Source: Mytilus trossulus
Lineage: Eukaryota
Direction of reading: 5' to 3'
DNA length: 64,000 bases
Assembly (NCBI RefSeq): GCF_036588685.1
Contig: NC_086377.1
Span: 69,068,001 to 69,132,000 of the forward strand
In this document: positions 12,646 through 25,425 of the stretch, piece after piece
How positions within the stretch are numbered: the stretch's first letter is position 1
Layout: each line of letters opens with the position of its first letter
Notes under the pieces: model-generated
What the model saw: only the letters and a program-made list of their open reading frames with translations
Database searches by the model: none
Told to the model about the DNA's origin: nothing
Position numbers and translations under genes: made by a program

Positions 12646-13468
12646 TCGGAATCCACCCTCAGAGTGCTGGGCAGTTCGAGGACGCCACTCAGCACCGGTT
12701 CTACTAACTGGTATTCTATCCGAGTGTGTCCGCCCTTGGAGAGGTGGGAGTGGACTTCACCGTGGAGGATAAATTGCACGCCCGTCAAATCTCTACCTTG
12801 CGATGGGCACTTCAGTCTTGTCGTTTTGACAGTGAGAGGTGTTTGAGAAAACAGAGCACTGAAAAGAACTGATTTTGATTGCAGGAAATAGATTGTGCGT
12901 GCAGTATGTTATATGCTACTAAGAATTGTAAATAGAAATTTTGATACTTGAACTTACTTTGATAATTTTTCTTCGCTTCGAAATTGCCACCTCGTGTCTA
13001 ACATAGCCAACACCCCGCATGTGGCTTTCTACACGGTGTAGATGATAGTTGTTAATATCTGTGTCATTTGGTCTGCATTTTCTGTGAGGTCACTAATGAC
13101 ATTATCAAATTTGCACCAGTCTATAAGTAGTTGATTAGCCAGGGTCTTGTTATTAGATCTATAGCTTCCTTTTATTTTATTCAAGTTTGACAAAGTTTGG
13201 TAAATCCTTCAATGATGTATATCTTATAAGTAAAAATCTATTTTATGTTTTGAATATTAAAATTAAATGTTTGCACATCAACCATGGTTTAAGTTATTAA
13301 TTGTAAAGAAAGATCATAGCTTTTTTTTAAATAACATAAAACATATGCATAATATATGAAGACCTGTTGGTGACCTTCTGTTGTTGTCTGTTCTATGGGT
13401 GGGTTGTTGTCTCTTCGACACATTCCTCATTTTCATTTTCAATTTTATATACATAAATATTTAAACAG

Positions 13469-13670
13469 TGGATGAAGAAGATGTATCGTTACACATTATA
13501 AAATTGTTTTTGGATGCAAATGAATATAAACAGTTATTTTTAGGTCTAGGACACAGCACAGATGATTGTATATACAAATACATTACAAATTTAATAACCT
13601 GGGGTATGCAAATAATGAGCATGAATGACACAGCAAAGGAGGGGGACATGGAGAGACTTCTAATGAAGAT
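13469..13670 (+). pseudogene. Academ-type transposase (DUF6589-like) exon fragment
   Basis: Acceptor aacag| at 13468; DDCIYKYITNLITWGMQIMSMNDTAKEGDMERLLMKMK matches the recalled D.V.NY...L...G......DA..EGD..R motif. Confidence 0.6.
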
Positions 13671-14380
13671 GAAGCATGAAAACTTCCAACTAAAAGAAAA
13701 AAATCATGAACTTCAGAATACTAATGATGAATTAAAGGAGAACAAGGAGTTGTCCACCATGGATTTGAGTGTAACAAAATTCAATGAACAGCATTAACAT
13801 GATAAGAAATATTGTGTTACAATTGAAAACTTTTTAACTTTGTCTCTTTCACATTTTTAATTTCATGTTTTAAATTATAGACTGGCATGTCTATTTGTTA
13901 TACACTTTTTCCTTTATATAAATTGTTCTGTATATATAGAGAATAATTCATGGCAAAATCTGTATCACATGTCGTATCATCATCCCGAGACACCAATATC
14001 AGCCCAAGGGTGATAGTTTAGGGCATGAATTAGCATTAAAATTATTCTATTCTATTCTTGGACTTTCTATACGTCACATAGTTGAATATTGAACATCGAA
14101 AATGACACATTCTTGTTTCTTGAAGATCTATATTGATATTAAGTATACCATTTTATAAAAAAAAAAAAAACATATCAAGTTCAATGTTCTTGTCTGATGA
14201 CTATGTGCACAGTTATGCTCCTAGTCCTTCAACATAGAAAATTCACATAAATGATAGTTTTTTCATAGTTGTTTTCTTCACACTTCGAGATATTTATTTG
14301 ATAATTGCTATATAGTTTCATCATCGCAGTTAAGTTCAAATTAATCGAGTCTTATGATTTTCTTGAGAGCTTTGGTCATT

Positions 14381-14770
14381 GGACATCAATGTAGAAATGA
14401 GACATTGCTTCATCCAAACGTTGTGTTGTAAAGCTTTCAAAGTCCGCTTCATAGGTTTAACTGGTAAGATATTCCTTTAACAATTTTGCAGATAAGGTGT
14501 TGCTGTTTTGTGTCTTGTCGGCGTGAATGTTCCGTCTTTTATCGTCAGTGTCCTGATGTGTTGACGTCCCGAATCTCTCAATTTCGTTGCAGACGAATAT
14601 ATGACGTCACATGTTGTTTGCAATGGCAGAAAACTTCTTGAAAGGTCTGATTTGTATACTGATCAACGGGGGACCACTTCTAAATAATTAATTCAATCGA
14701 TGAGGTTTGCGTTTAAAATACCGTTTTGAAAATTCGGAGCGACACATACGTCATCTTTCATCGCCGCCAT
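14381..14770 (-). pseudogene. Crypton-type tyrosine recombinase N-terminal fragment
   Basis: DKTQNSNTLSAKLLKEYLTS*TYEADFESFTTQRLDEAMSHFYIDV (core-binding domain pattern ending LD..L..FY). Confidence 0.6.
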
Positions 14771-15889
14771 GACACCCCATATGAAATCTACTGACCCCCT
14801 ACGGGACCATAGGGTGACCCCACGTGACGGCGTTAAACCAATCACAATGTAAATATTTTATTTAACATGAAACAACTGAATTAAGCCAAGAGTCCATATA
14901 AAAAAAAATCTAAAACATGATTATAACAACATGAATATCAAGAGTATGGTAAAAAATAATTCAGTCGAAGGTGATCACTCCACACTAAACGTTTTTCTTT
15001 GGACAATTAACCAAATCAGCAATAGACCCTATCAAAATGCTAGACAATAGGTCAGACATTTTGGAAGAGTCAATGGTAAAAATTACCTCATTACTTACAA
15101 ACACAGCTACCCTTCACAATCAACATAAAAGAGAAATAACTCTTGAAATACAAAAATTAGCTAATTGCGTACAATGGGAGGCAACTCAATTGATAACGCC
15201 GTTTACTAGATTTGCCTCCCCTTGTTGCGTCATCCGGTGCTGTGTTAGCATGTGGTTTAAGAAAAGAGCATGTTCCTGCCACATTTTATAATGTATTTGA
15301 TTATTTTTTTTATTTGATGACAATGCGATGGAAAATAAGAGAACTAGGAAACCTTCAGTTTATTTAAGGATTTCATTCTATCTTTTTTTGATATGCAGAA
15401 CGACTTCGCATCAGTTTACGAAGTTGGAGATTTAACCTCTGAACACGTGGTTCGACAAAATCAGATAAAGCAAGTGTAAGCGTTCATCCAAAAATTCCTA
15501 CGTCTACAAACACGGTGAATAAACTGGATAAAACATTTTTTTTAATAATACATATTAATGATGATATTGTGAAACCACCTGCTATGAATAACAACTCAAA
15601 TATGTTGATCTTATTTTCAAACCCCCTGCAGTGTCAGGTGTGATTGCTTCCCCCTGGGTTTTTTTCAGGTGCATACTATATTAATGAGTAACACCTCAAA
15701 TATTATGATATTATTTAAAAACCCCCTGCTAGTTTTCTTCTTTATAATTTATATTTAATCTTACCCAGATTGGTTTAAGGAGAAGCGCTTCATATTGACA
15801 CTTGTTCATTGTTGCTTATTGATACCATGTTTGGTTTAATTGTATATTATTGCATCATTATAATAAAGCACCTTTCACCAAACATTAGT

Positions 15890-16910
15890 TGTCAATTAAA
15901 AAAAACTCAACTCTAGTTTGTCAAGATTTCCAGGCACAAGAAAAAAGTATTGTTAACTAAAGCAAGAAAGTGAAAAATGTACAGTACAGCTTAAAGAACA
16001 AATAAATGAGCTAAGAAAGGAGAAAATCAATTATGAAATGGAAAATAAAACGTTAACCTTCATCAATGAACAGAATCTAAAGGAAAGCCTAAATTTGAAG
16101 ATTGACTTTGAAAAAAGAATTCAAGAGAACTGTATGAGTAAAAACTTAAAAGATAGGATTCAGTCTTCCAATATGACATAAATGGAGAACAATTGGGAAG
16201 AGTCAATCACAAACCAAAAGAGATGTCATGTAAATCTGACACTGCTGGTGACAATGACAATTATTTGCTTACTGAGGAGCTTAATAACCTACAGCCAGAA
16301 GCTTTCAACCAGGATGACCTTGAAGTAAAATATCCTGAAACAACAAGACCTACTGATACATGTCATATAATATTCCGAGATAATGACTCCGATTTAAAAT
16401 TTGTTTCAAAAGAGTGAATCTCAAAGCGTTGCTATCAATCAAAAATTGACTCAAGTTAACAAAAGGTCAGGGAATGTTAATGCAAAAGCAGTAAATTTTG
16501 GTTTTCTATTTCTGCATTATAGTATTTGGTCATTGACATTAGGAAACTCCTATCAGGATCTGTTTACGATGGTATCAAACACACGTCATACACAGTGGAG
16601 ACAACCCAAGAATTCAAAAGTTCGTCATAGCATGCTCGTACTTTGTTACTACATGTAGGAATAAATAATTGAAAGAAAGAAAGAAAGTGCAGATGCTGTT
16701 GTTAGAAAGATTGTGTTTATGGTAGTCGAGGCATTAAAGAAAGTTGACACAGTAATTATATCATTAGTTCTTCCAACCAAATACTCAGAGCTTAATGAGA
16801 AAATAAAAAAAAAACTTTAACAATCATCTCCACTATGCAAATACTATACATTTTTGTTTACACGACAATTTCTCTCATCATGAACAGGTGCTTCCTCATC
16901 TTTTCAAGAA
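15890..16910 (+). pseudogene. Heavily degraded coiled-coil plus esterase-like LINE ORF1 remnant
   Basis: Broken frames: LKEQINELRKEKINYEMENK...VIISLVLPTKYSELNEKI...FCLHDNFSHHEQVLPHLF. Confidence 0.3.
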
Positions 16911-18449
16911 GAAGCGAAAGAGGCAGAAAAATTACCTAAGGATAAAGCCCTAGAGGTAGCTATATCCTCTAAGGCAGAGATGTCAGAGGTTCAGGTATCG
17001 CCCAAAAAAGTCGAGCAGAATCCGGAGGATAGGTGTATTGTGTTCCTAGTATGGGAACACATCAGAAGAATGGTGCCAGTCCACTCTTTGGACAATTTGC
17101 GGACTCTAGCAGAGGAGCGGTTTCCAGGTAATGGGGCTGCAACCCTGTTCTTCCAGGACACGTTGATTGATCCTTTAATCACTCTGAAAGACATCGTGGA
17201 GATGGAGTCGCCTAGACCGTCCATAGAGGTCCGCTTCCTAGATTCTACAAACTTGTAAAGTCCAATCTAAGGACAGCTCAACAGCTGGCCCTTGATGGGC
17301 GTTACTATGTGTAACAGCTACGGGATGTGAGGTAGGATTGACCTAATGAATTATAGGACTATAACAAAAATGGGGAACATTTCTGTGTTAGTATCGGACA
17401 TTTATTTTATATGTGACATTAGTTTTATATATCTTCATGGGAAGGAACAGTTGATTATGTATATGGAACTATGGATTTAAAGACGAAAACACCTTGATTG
17501 AACAGTGTGTAATATATGGACAATTATATTCAGTGAAAAGACTGTTGGAAGTATATAGTTATAGTAATAAGAAATTTTAAATGTTCGCCTCACATCCCAT
17601 GTACAGTGTAAAATTCGTTGGAAGTAGATCAACCGACAGGACTTGGTATTACCAGCATGACCAATGTAAATATTAGTATAAGTAGTGTAGGAGTAAATTT
17701 GGTGATGGTAGGATTTGGACTATAGGTCAACTTTTAATGGTCATGTGTTGTTATCCCAATTTGGGAGTTATTGCCTTCTTTGTACATTTAGTCTTTCCTT
17801 GTCGGGTTGATGTCTTTAAAAGGGAAATAATCTATGTAGTAGTAGTTAATTGGAAATTTGAGTCGGTATTAATGAATTTGTCTTGAGGACAGTAGTTGAT
17901 TTAAAAAAATTGTATTCTTTGATTGCAAGTTCTGCCATTTGGTTTAAACTTCTTTGCCTGTACGACAGTGTAACCCTAGAGCATTGATTTGACATGCTAT
18001 GGTCTTAAAGATCCCGGTCTTCTGTGCACTTGTGATAGCGTTGGTCAATTTGTTTCTTAATATGGTTTAATTCTGTTGTATTGCATTGCATGTTTCATAT
18101 TAAATTTTTAAAATATTGATTTGATGTGACAGGCCCATGTTGAAAACATTTGGATAAGCCTATTGGTTATACAATATTTTAATGAATACAACCTACTATT
18201 TACATAATGAACGTAGAGATGTTTTATTGTGATATTGGCCAATATGAAATTTAAGTTTCAAAAAGGGAACGATTTATGACCTTTTCAAAACGTCTTTTCC
18301 TTGTACTGAATTGGTGTATGTGATTATGCTTTCTGCATTAATGGTGCGCCTTAGTGAAAATGACTTCAGATTTCCTTCCGATACTAAAATATCTTTTTGC
18401 ATGTTTTCAGCTTTCAGATTTGCGCCTCAAGGTAAATTTCTATGCTTTG

Positions 18450-18782
18450 CTGTGGGTTTGTTTTTCATATGCATGAATGATGTCACTGACCTTTTTCAGA
18501 CATTAGTCGATATCACATCTTGTCCGATTGAATGCTGTACAGTCGTCATCTCCTATAAGTGTAATTACCGGGGTATCTTTATTCTTGACGTCTTTGAATA
18601 TTTCCAGAATCATGTCTGGTTCGATAGATTTGGCTGAGCCACACCAATTCTTACCACATTTATGTTTTGTTGGTAAACGTTTTTTTTTCAATTTTGCCAC
18701 ATCGCATTTTCTGCATCTCTTGTATCGAGCACTATAGCCAACAACTTTTCCCGTCTTTTTCACAATCATTGAAGCTGTTTCT
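18450..18782 (-). pseudogene. Mutator-like (PF20700-type; possibly Kolobok-class) transposase exon fragment
   Basis: TGKVVGYSARYKRCRKC...HKCGKNWCGSAKSIEPDM...VITLIGDDDC; poly-T-GTAG acceptor near 18783. Confidence 0.7.
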
Positions 18783-20029
18783 ACAAAAAAAAGTTTTCAA
18801 TAGGATATTTTTTTTTATGTAACTGGATTTCATTTATTATTTGTTACACCCACTTTTGTTTATTTTACACAATTGTACTCTCCATAAAAATAGTTGATAC
18901 CAAGAGTATTTTTAATGTATTTTCATAACCCTGTTCATTTTTATACGCATATTTTTTTCTACTGGTGGAAAAATATTCTTTTTTACCTTTCTGCAATTTT
19001 CAATTTTGTTTTGCCAACAATCATAACAAAATTTTACATGCTACAATTTTTCTTATTTACAAAAAAAATGGAAAAAAAAGATGTGGTATGATTGCACATG
19101 CGACATTTCTCCACAAGAGCCCAACACGACATAGAAATCAACAATTATAGGACACTGCAACAATGAGCAAAGTCAATTGTCAAAGGCCCCGAAGTGACAA
19201 ATAAATCAATTCAGAGTGAAACTAGAAAACTTACGGACTCATTCATAAACAAGAATGTGTCCATAGTAAAAAAAATGTTAACATTGATGAATGTCATGAA
19301 TCTTTTTCCTCTATATTGCAACTTTTAAATTATTGCATTGTCAATATGTCTCAAACGTGATTTATTCCTACAATGTAATTTTTATTATAAAGTATGCGTT
19401 TTCATCTTTTTATAGTTGTAATCTCAGCGTTCAGATTATTATTTTCATATTTCACGATCAAATGTTTAAATAATTCTTTACATTTCTTTTTTAAAACCAC
19501 CTGTTTGTCATTAAAAGGCGAAACTTGAAACTCTAATTTTTGTACATCATGTAACTCATTTTTGTAAACCTCTAATCTCCCACCTGTATAGAATACAGAC
19601 TATTCTTTGGCACTCTGATTTAAGCATGGCCTCTTTTCTAACTGAACACGCCAACAAATAAAAGGTCATATGCATGTTTACATTTCTCAACATTGATTAA
19701 AAAATCATAAGATAGGTAACTGTCTCTATAACAGTATATATTTTAAGCTTTGTTGAGCAATTGTTGTTTTTTTGCTACATCTTAAATGGCTAATTCTAGT
19801 CTTTGGGCCATGCAGAATAAATAAGGTAATAAGGGCTGGTTATTCCTGACGAAGAAGTGTGGCAATCCCAGATTTTTAACCTACCATGACGCGGGCACCA
19901 TCACATTAAACTGCAATCAATTTCTTAGAAAAATTTTCCACTGAATTTAAAGGTTTGGGAAACTGGATAATTTGTAATTCTTTCTGTATGAGCCCTCACA
20001 ACGCTGGAAACACCGATAAATTGTGTTTG

Positions 20030-20545
20030 AATTTTTCACTTTCGATCTTTTATATCTGGGCGTCACTGGTGAGTCTTGTGTGGACTATGCGCGTTTTTGA
20101 CGTTTTGAATTTTAAACTTGATGCTTTTTTTTTCTTTTATTCACGTGTTTCTTTGTCAAATACGTTCTCCTATTTATTTGTATTGTAATATAAAGCTGTT
20201 ATTGCAATGTTATATTTTAACATTGACATTATAGTGCAAGGATTGGCAAGCCTCAAAACCAGGTTCAACCCAACATAGGAAAATGTCCTGTACCAAGTTT
20301 GGAATATGGCCATTGTTGTATTATTATTCGTTTCTGTGTGTATAACATTTTTACGTTGCGTAGTTTGTTTTCTCTTACTTTTGAGTGTAAATTCGCATTG
20401 CGATCAGACGTGGCACGGTACTTGTCTATCCCAAAATCATGAATTTGTTTGTTTTGATGTTTTATTTGTTATCCTCGTGAAAATTTGTCTGATGCTTGGT
20501 CCTTTTCTGTGTGTGTTACATTTAAGTGTTGTTTTACCACACATT
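20030..20545 (+). mobile_element. Non-autonomous, hammerhead-bearing (Penelope-like) repeat copy
   Basis: Shares blocks (aaaaccaggttcaacccac, gtcctgtaccaagt, agacgtggcacggtacttgtctatcccaaa) with 27560-27955 (+) and 55300-55990 (-); degenerate hammerhead at 20060-20103. Confidence 0.65.
20060..20103 (+). ncRNA. Degenerate type I hammerhead ribozyme
   Basis: GCGTCA-CTGGTGA-GTCT tgtgt GGAC-(GAA lost)-TGCGCGT-..-TGACGT. Confidence 0.55.
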
Positions 20546-20845
20546 AAGGTTCAGGATTCAAATAAATATTTTGAAACTTTTCCAAAGAAAATGGAGTGGA
20601 GAAAGGTAAAGTTCAATCTCAAGGTGTTCCGATCACGTCACCATGCGCAAGACCGGAAACCTCACTTCGATTATACAATTCAACCAAACAAGACCTGCTT
20701 GATATCTTACAACGAAGTGACTGACTATACACAGCAGGGGCACAAGTTAATTTTAAAATCTTAAGTAAAACCTTTGTTGTCTGGGGTAAAAATTAGGGTG
20801 TGTTGTGTATATATCAGATACACAATATTTGTTTGTTGCCTTAAA

Positions 20846-21122
20846 TTGATTGATTGTTGGTTGCTTAACGTCCAGTGGCAAACGTTTCATGCATATACAG
20901 GACGAAAACAAGTTCACAATAAATACAATAGGTAGGTTGTTACAATATAGGCCATATTGGATGATGGTCGGAGAAAATTGGACTACCACCGGAATAGGAG
21001 GTTTTAATGGATAGGGACAGAAATTTTGCCTTGCAACAGGCCAACTTCGGACCACTCAAAGAGTTGTTGCAAGGGTTTTTTAAGCACTAAGAGCATGGCA
21101 TTCTCTTTACACGAGGCATATG
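20846..21122 (-). repeat. SINE-like family copy (3' part with LINE-like tail)
   Basis: Minus-strand end GGACGTTAAGCAACCAACAATCAATCAA; body matches 58266-58540. Confidence 0.85.
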
Positions 21123-22188
21123 AAGATATCCCCCCCCCCCCCCCCCCAAACAAAAATGAAATAGAACCAAGGGCCATCTTTCCCCTCAGAACTATTCAGC
21201 TCTTTGATTACATCTTAATATTTTATGATGTGTTTAAATAAGTAGTTTTTGTTGAAAACTCCATTAGAAATTTGAATTGAGATCAGTTTTGGAATAAGGG
21301 AAAGAGGGATGTGGTTGGTTCATCTGTATCCATTGACTCAGCTTATAGGCTATTTACTGGCTCATGTTAACATAAGTTGACAGGTGAACTTGGTTTGACG
21401 GATCCAGATAGATGGTTATGGCTTTTAGATTGACAAGGCTCTTGTTGCGTTGAAGAATAAGACAACACCAATTGACGTACTGCTAGTGTATTAAACTCCG
21501 CAAACATTTTTATCTTTTTCTGGTGTTTTCCTTATTCGTTGGTTGTCTCTCTTTTCTTTCAATTTTTTCCCTCCATTATAGACTGAAAGAATGCTAATCT
21601 TTCCTCCTTCTCTGTGTCTCTAAAAATATAAAAATTGCAGCTCGCTCCTCTTTGTTTGCTGTTTCTCCAATCTTCTCTGATCTCATATCTTTAATAAGCA
21701 TGCCAAGCTCTTTGCTTTAACGTCTCTAAGGAAATCATTTCTCTCTGCTTCAGTTGCTGTTTCTTCTATTTGTTAGTTGTTTCAAGTGTTATCTTATGCA
21801 ATGCCTCTTCTTCAGATTCGCTGCAAGCAGCGTGCAATACAGACAGGATAAATCCGCTGAGATTACGTTCAAAATTCACCTAATCCATTTCTGAAAATGG
21901 AACAAAATTATAAAGACCAGGTTGATGACAGCAAAAAGCTAACTCTTAATTATTGCCTTAATATTTGCGAAGCTCAACTCTTTAACTCTTAGTTGTTTCT
22001 TGAATACTTGTTAAGCTTAAATTTTAGTTATTGACTAAACATATGTAAGCTTAACTCTTTTATGCGTAAAATTTTGATTCAAACCTGTTATGTAGACATT
22101 TACTTTAATACTTCTTTCATCTGTGTTGCTGTCAAGACATCATTCCCTTGGTTAATGTATCTCCTTATGCTTGATTTCAGCGTTGCTG

Positions 22189-22612
22189 CTTCTAATACAA
22201 TTGTCAATACATATTACTAAATATTCTCGACCAAATGACCGATTTAAGGTAACATCATATATAATTATCAAAAAATGTCAAATTTACGGTAAAATGTGAA
22301 AAATTTATAAAAAAAAAAGTAAAAATCTGAATGAAAATAAAAAAAAGTTGTCAAAATTACTGAGGAAATGTTGCCATTTTTAAATAAAACAGTGGTTGTC
22401 TTAAGTGTACTTCTAATACAATTGTCAATTTATTTAAGAAAATTTCTCGATTAAATGACTGATTTAAGGTAACATCATATACAATTATCAAAAAATGTCA
22501 AATTTACAATTAAATGTGAAAATTTTTATTAGAAAATTTCTCGATCAAATAACTGACTTAAGGTTACATCATTTACAATTATCAAAAAATGTCAAATTTA
22601 CAGTAAAATACG
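22189..22612 (+). repeat. Irregular tandem repeat (~220-bp period); same family at 40201-40490
   Basis: Recurrent tctcgatcaaatgaccgatttaaggtaacatcatatacaattatcaaaaaatgtcaaatttac. Confidence 0.8.
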
Positions 22613-22614
22613 AG

Positions 22615-23794
22615 AATTTATCTCCTTTTTTCCAGATTGTTTTTTAGCAGGTGGTATTGTAGGAACTTCTAATTCAGTGTGATCTACATTTTCATCCTGA
22701 TCTGTGTTGTCAACAGCTGCTATATTGACATTCTCATGTTGCTGTCTAGATTCATCATGGTCATGTTCATCAACAGTCTGAAAATTTTGTGGACAGTCTA
22801 ACATTTTGTGACCACTTTCCTTGCATGTTTTGCACACCCAGTCATTGGGACATTGGAATAACATATGGCCAGGTTTAAGGCATTTGTGACATGTTCTCTC
22901 TTCTCTTTCACTATTGTTGTTATTTTGGAATTCTGGTTGACCAGCATGGAAAATTCTCCCAAAATATCTTCCAATAGGCAGATTTCTGGGGATTGGTTTG
23001 TCTAGAGTCTAGCTAATAACAAGCCTATCTCCTGTTTCACAAGCTGTCATTCTACCATCTACTCTTAGATACTCTCGAAATAAACCTTGTATTTCACAGC
23101 CTTGAAGGGTTAGGGCTCGGTGTATTTGCCCATCATCCGCAGAAAGTGGAATGTTTTTCACCTGTATGCGCATTGTGTCTTTTTGTAGCGTTGATGGGTT
23201 GTGAGGGTTTTGTGAGTGAAGGGGTACTTGCCTGCCACGTAAGTTTAACCCCTGTACCAACAAAGACAGTCTGTCACCCTCATTGTCCATATAAATACGC
23301 CACATCTCTCTGATTCTCTGTATTCCCTTTATACACTGTTTAGGGACTTTGGCACTAATAGATTTGAAGATTTCAACATTAGTTAGCCATTGCGCCCGAG
23401 GAGGTTTTTCCGAGCCATGCACATCTTGATCTTTTAGAAAAATTGGCTTAACAAGATCACTAGGGTCACTTGATTCCTTTGGTTTACTATATTGACTGAT
23501 GTTTTCAATGTTAGTTTGTTCGGATAGTGTGTTAACTTGACTTAAGTGTGTATCTGAAATTACTTCGGCGTAGGTCGCCATTTTTTCTGTGTTTACATTT
23601 TGATGAGCTGTCGATTCTTTGTTATCAATAAACGGTTCTATACATTGTAGACCTTCTAAAAGCCTCAGAAAGCGATCCTGGGTCATTTTCTTACACAATG
23701 CTTCCACTTCTGCATTCATTTTAGGTTTCGAAACAACGATTTTTATCACTTTTTGACTTTTTTTTATACGTCTTGACATATCAGGGGACAACAC
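22615..23794 (-). pseudogene. L1/Tx1-like LINE ORF1 (gag-like, two CCHC knuckles), one in-frame stop, ORF2 missing
   Basis: ORFs 23009-23794 and 22598-22864 are in one frame, joined across TAG; CHKCLKPGHMLFQC and CKTCKESGHKMLDC; upstream GIQRIREMWRIY...RIQVKNIPLS...TGDRLV. Confidence 0.7.
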
Positions 23795-23950
23795 TCTGAT
23801 TCCAATTCAAATCCTCCTTGTTCAAGTTCATCAACTGTTGACATTGAAGAGGAAGTAACAGGTAACTCATTTATATTTAAAAAAACCAAACAGATTTGTT
23901 AGGTGAATGCTGAATTTCTAAAAATTTGAACAAAAATTATAATTCATATC

Positions 23951-24435
23951 TTTTTTAGTTCACCTGACCTAAAAGCTCTACTTCATAGGACGTACCATTA
24001 GGGAAATACATACAAATGTTTTCTTTTGGAGAACCACTGGATGGAATGAAACCAAACATGGCTTGAATGATCCTTATGAGGTGCTTACCAAGTATTATTA
24101 CTTTGTAGCCGAGTCATTATTAAAGACGGCTGCCAGTGGGGGACTTAGTTTAACATAGGCATCTATGGGAAATACAAACAGATGTCTTCTTCAGGAGAAA
24201 AACTGAATGGAATGAAACCAAACAAGGCATGAATGATTCTTATGAGGTTCTGACCAAGTGTTGTTACTTTGTAGCCAATCTATCATCCAAGATGGCTGCC
24301 AGTGGGGGATTTAGTTTAACATAGTACCCTATGGGAAATACATACAAATGTCTTCTTTAAGAGACTGACTTAATGGAATGAAACCACACATGGCTTGAAT
24401 GATCCTGATGAGGTGCTGACCGAGTTTTGTTACTG
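23951..24435 (+). mobile_element. Truncated Helentron-type HINE with three 166-bp tandem monomers
   Basis: tttttagttcacctg head; tgaaacca anchor at 24047, 24213, 24379; same family as 40993-41660. Confidence 0.75.
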
Positions 24436-24648
24436 TCATTTGGGCTCTTGTGAAGAGTTGTCTCATTAGCAATTACACCACATCTTTTTTATATTTTATT
24501 GTATATCAAAGGTAATAGTATTATACCAATGTTTAAATAATTAACAGTCAATGTTCTTGTTTAATTATATTCAGGTAGGTACTATACAAGTGACATAATT
24601 TATATACTCCGGAAATTTGGTTTGGTGTAAAACAATATATACAATATA

Positions 24649-25425
24649 CTGTGAAAGTACTTTTATTCGTGGAGTACCAATTTTCGTGGTTTTCGTGGAT
24701 GGCTTTATCCACGAATTTAAGTGTCCAACGAAATAAAACAACCATTGTCCAAGTCAAGACATAGAATGATCCTCATGTACGTTTGACTACTGATATGATC
24801 TAGAGAATATCGCCAAATTTGAGAATACTTTAACGGCAGTTACAGAACTACAACTGCATGCAGAATTATACCCATAACCAAAACTACAACTTTTGATCTT
24901 TAAATTCTCATAAAAATATTTTTGATTGATGAAAGCAGATACATATAATACGTTATATATATGTCTCTGATGAAAGTCAGTTTTTCTGTTATTTATATGC
25001 TAGTATGATAAAGTGTTCATTTTATATCCTTATAGTTCTGGTACATATGGGAAATAATAATTTCATGCTGGGCTCTTGATTTTAATAAGAACTATTTGAC
25101 AATTCAAGGTACGTTTACAGCATTTGTTTATATTATTGTTTTCTTTGGGTGACATGTTTATGGCCTAATCAACACCTTTGATGGTCTTTAATCTGTTGAT
25201 GCTTTAGCATGGGTTAATTAGTGTTATCACTACAATTTACAAGGGTCAATGTTTACTTTGCAATTTCCTTCATTCCAGACTATTTTAAACCTCCGTTTCT
25301 AAAGGCTTTAATTTTTCAATTATTTTTTTTAGAAAACTAAAACCCACGAATTTAAAAACCCACGAACATGTTAATATTGCGCAAACCACGAAAATTAATA
25401 CCCACGAATTAAAGTACTTTCACAG
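24649..25425. mobile_element. TA-TSD (Tc1/mariner-like) MITE
   Basis: TA|CTGTGAAAGTACTTTTATTCGTGG ... CCACGAATTAAAGTACTTTCACAG|TA; subterminal CCACGAA/TTCGTGG repeats. Confidence 0.85.

Noticed and set aside
16980-17258. 92-aa ORF with protein-like composition
   Set aside because: No motif recognised; probably a retroelement accessory fragment, but not supportable.
5373-21147. Long G/C homopolymers (5373, 11036, 21129) as functional G-quadruplexes
   Set aside because: Simple runs at repeat junctions; no supporting context, and homopolymer lengths are error-prone.
21460-21960. Minus-strand coding-like remnant (…DFLRDVKAKELGMLIKDMRSEKIGE…)
   Set aside because: Multiple stops and frameshifts; family not recognised.
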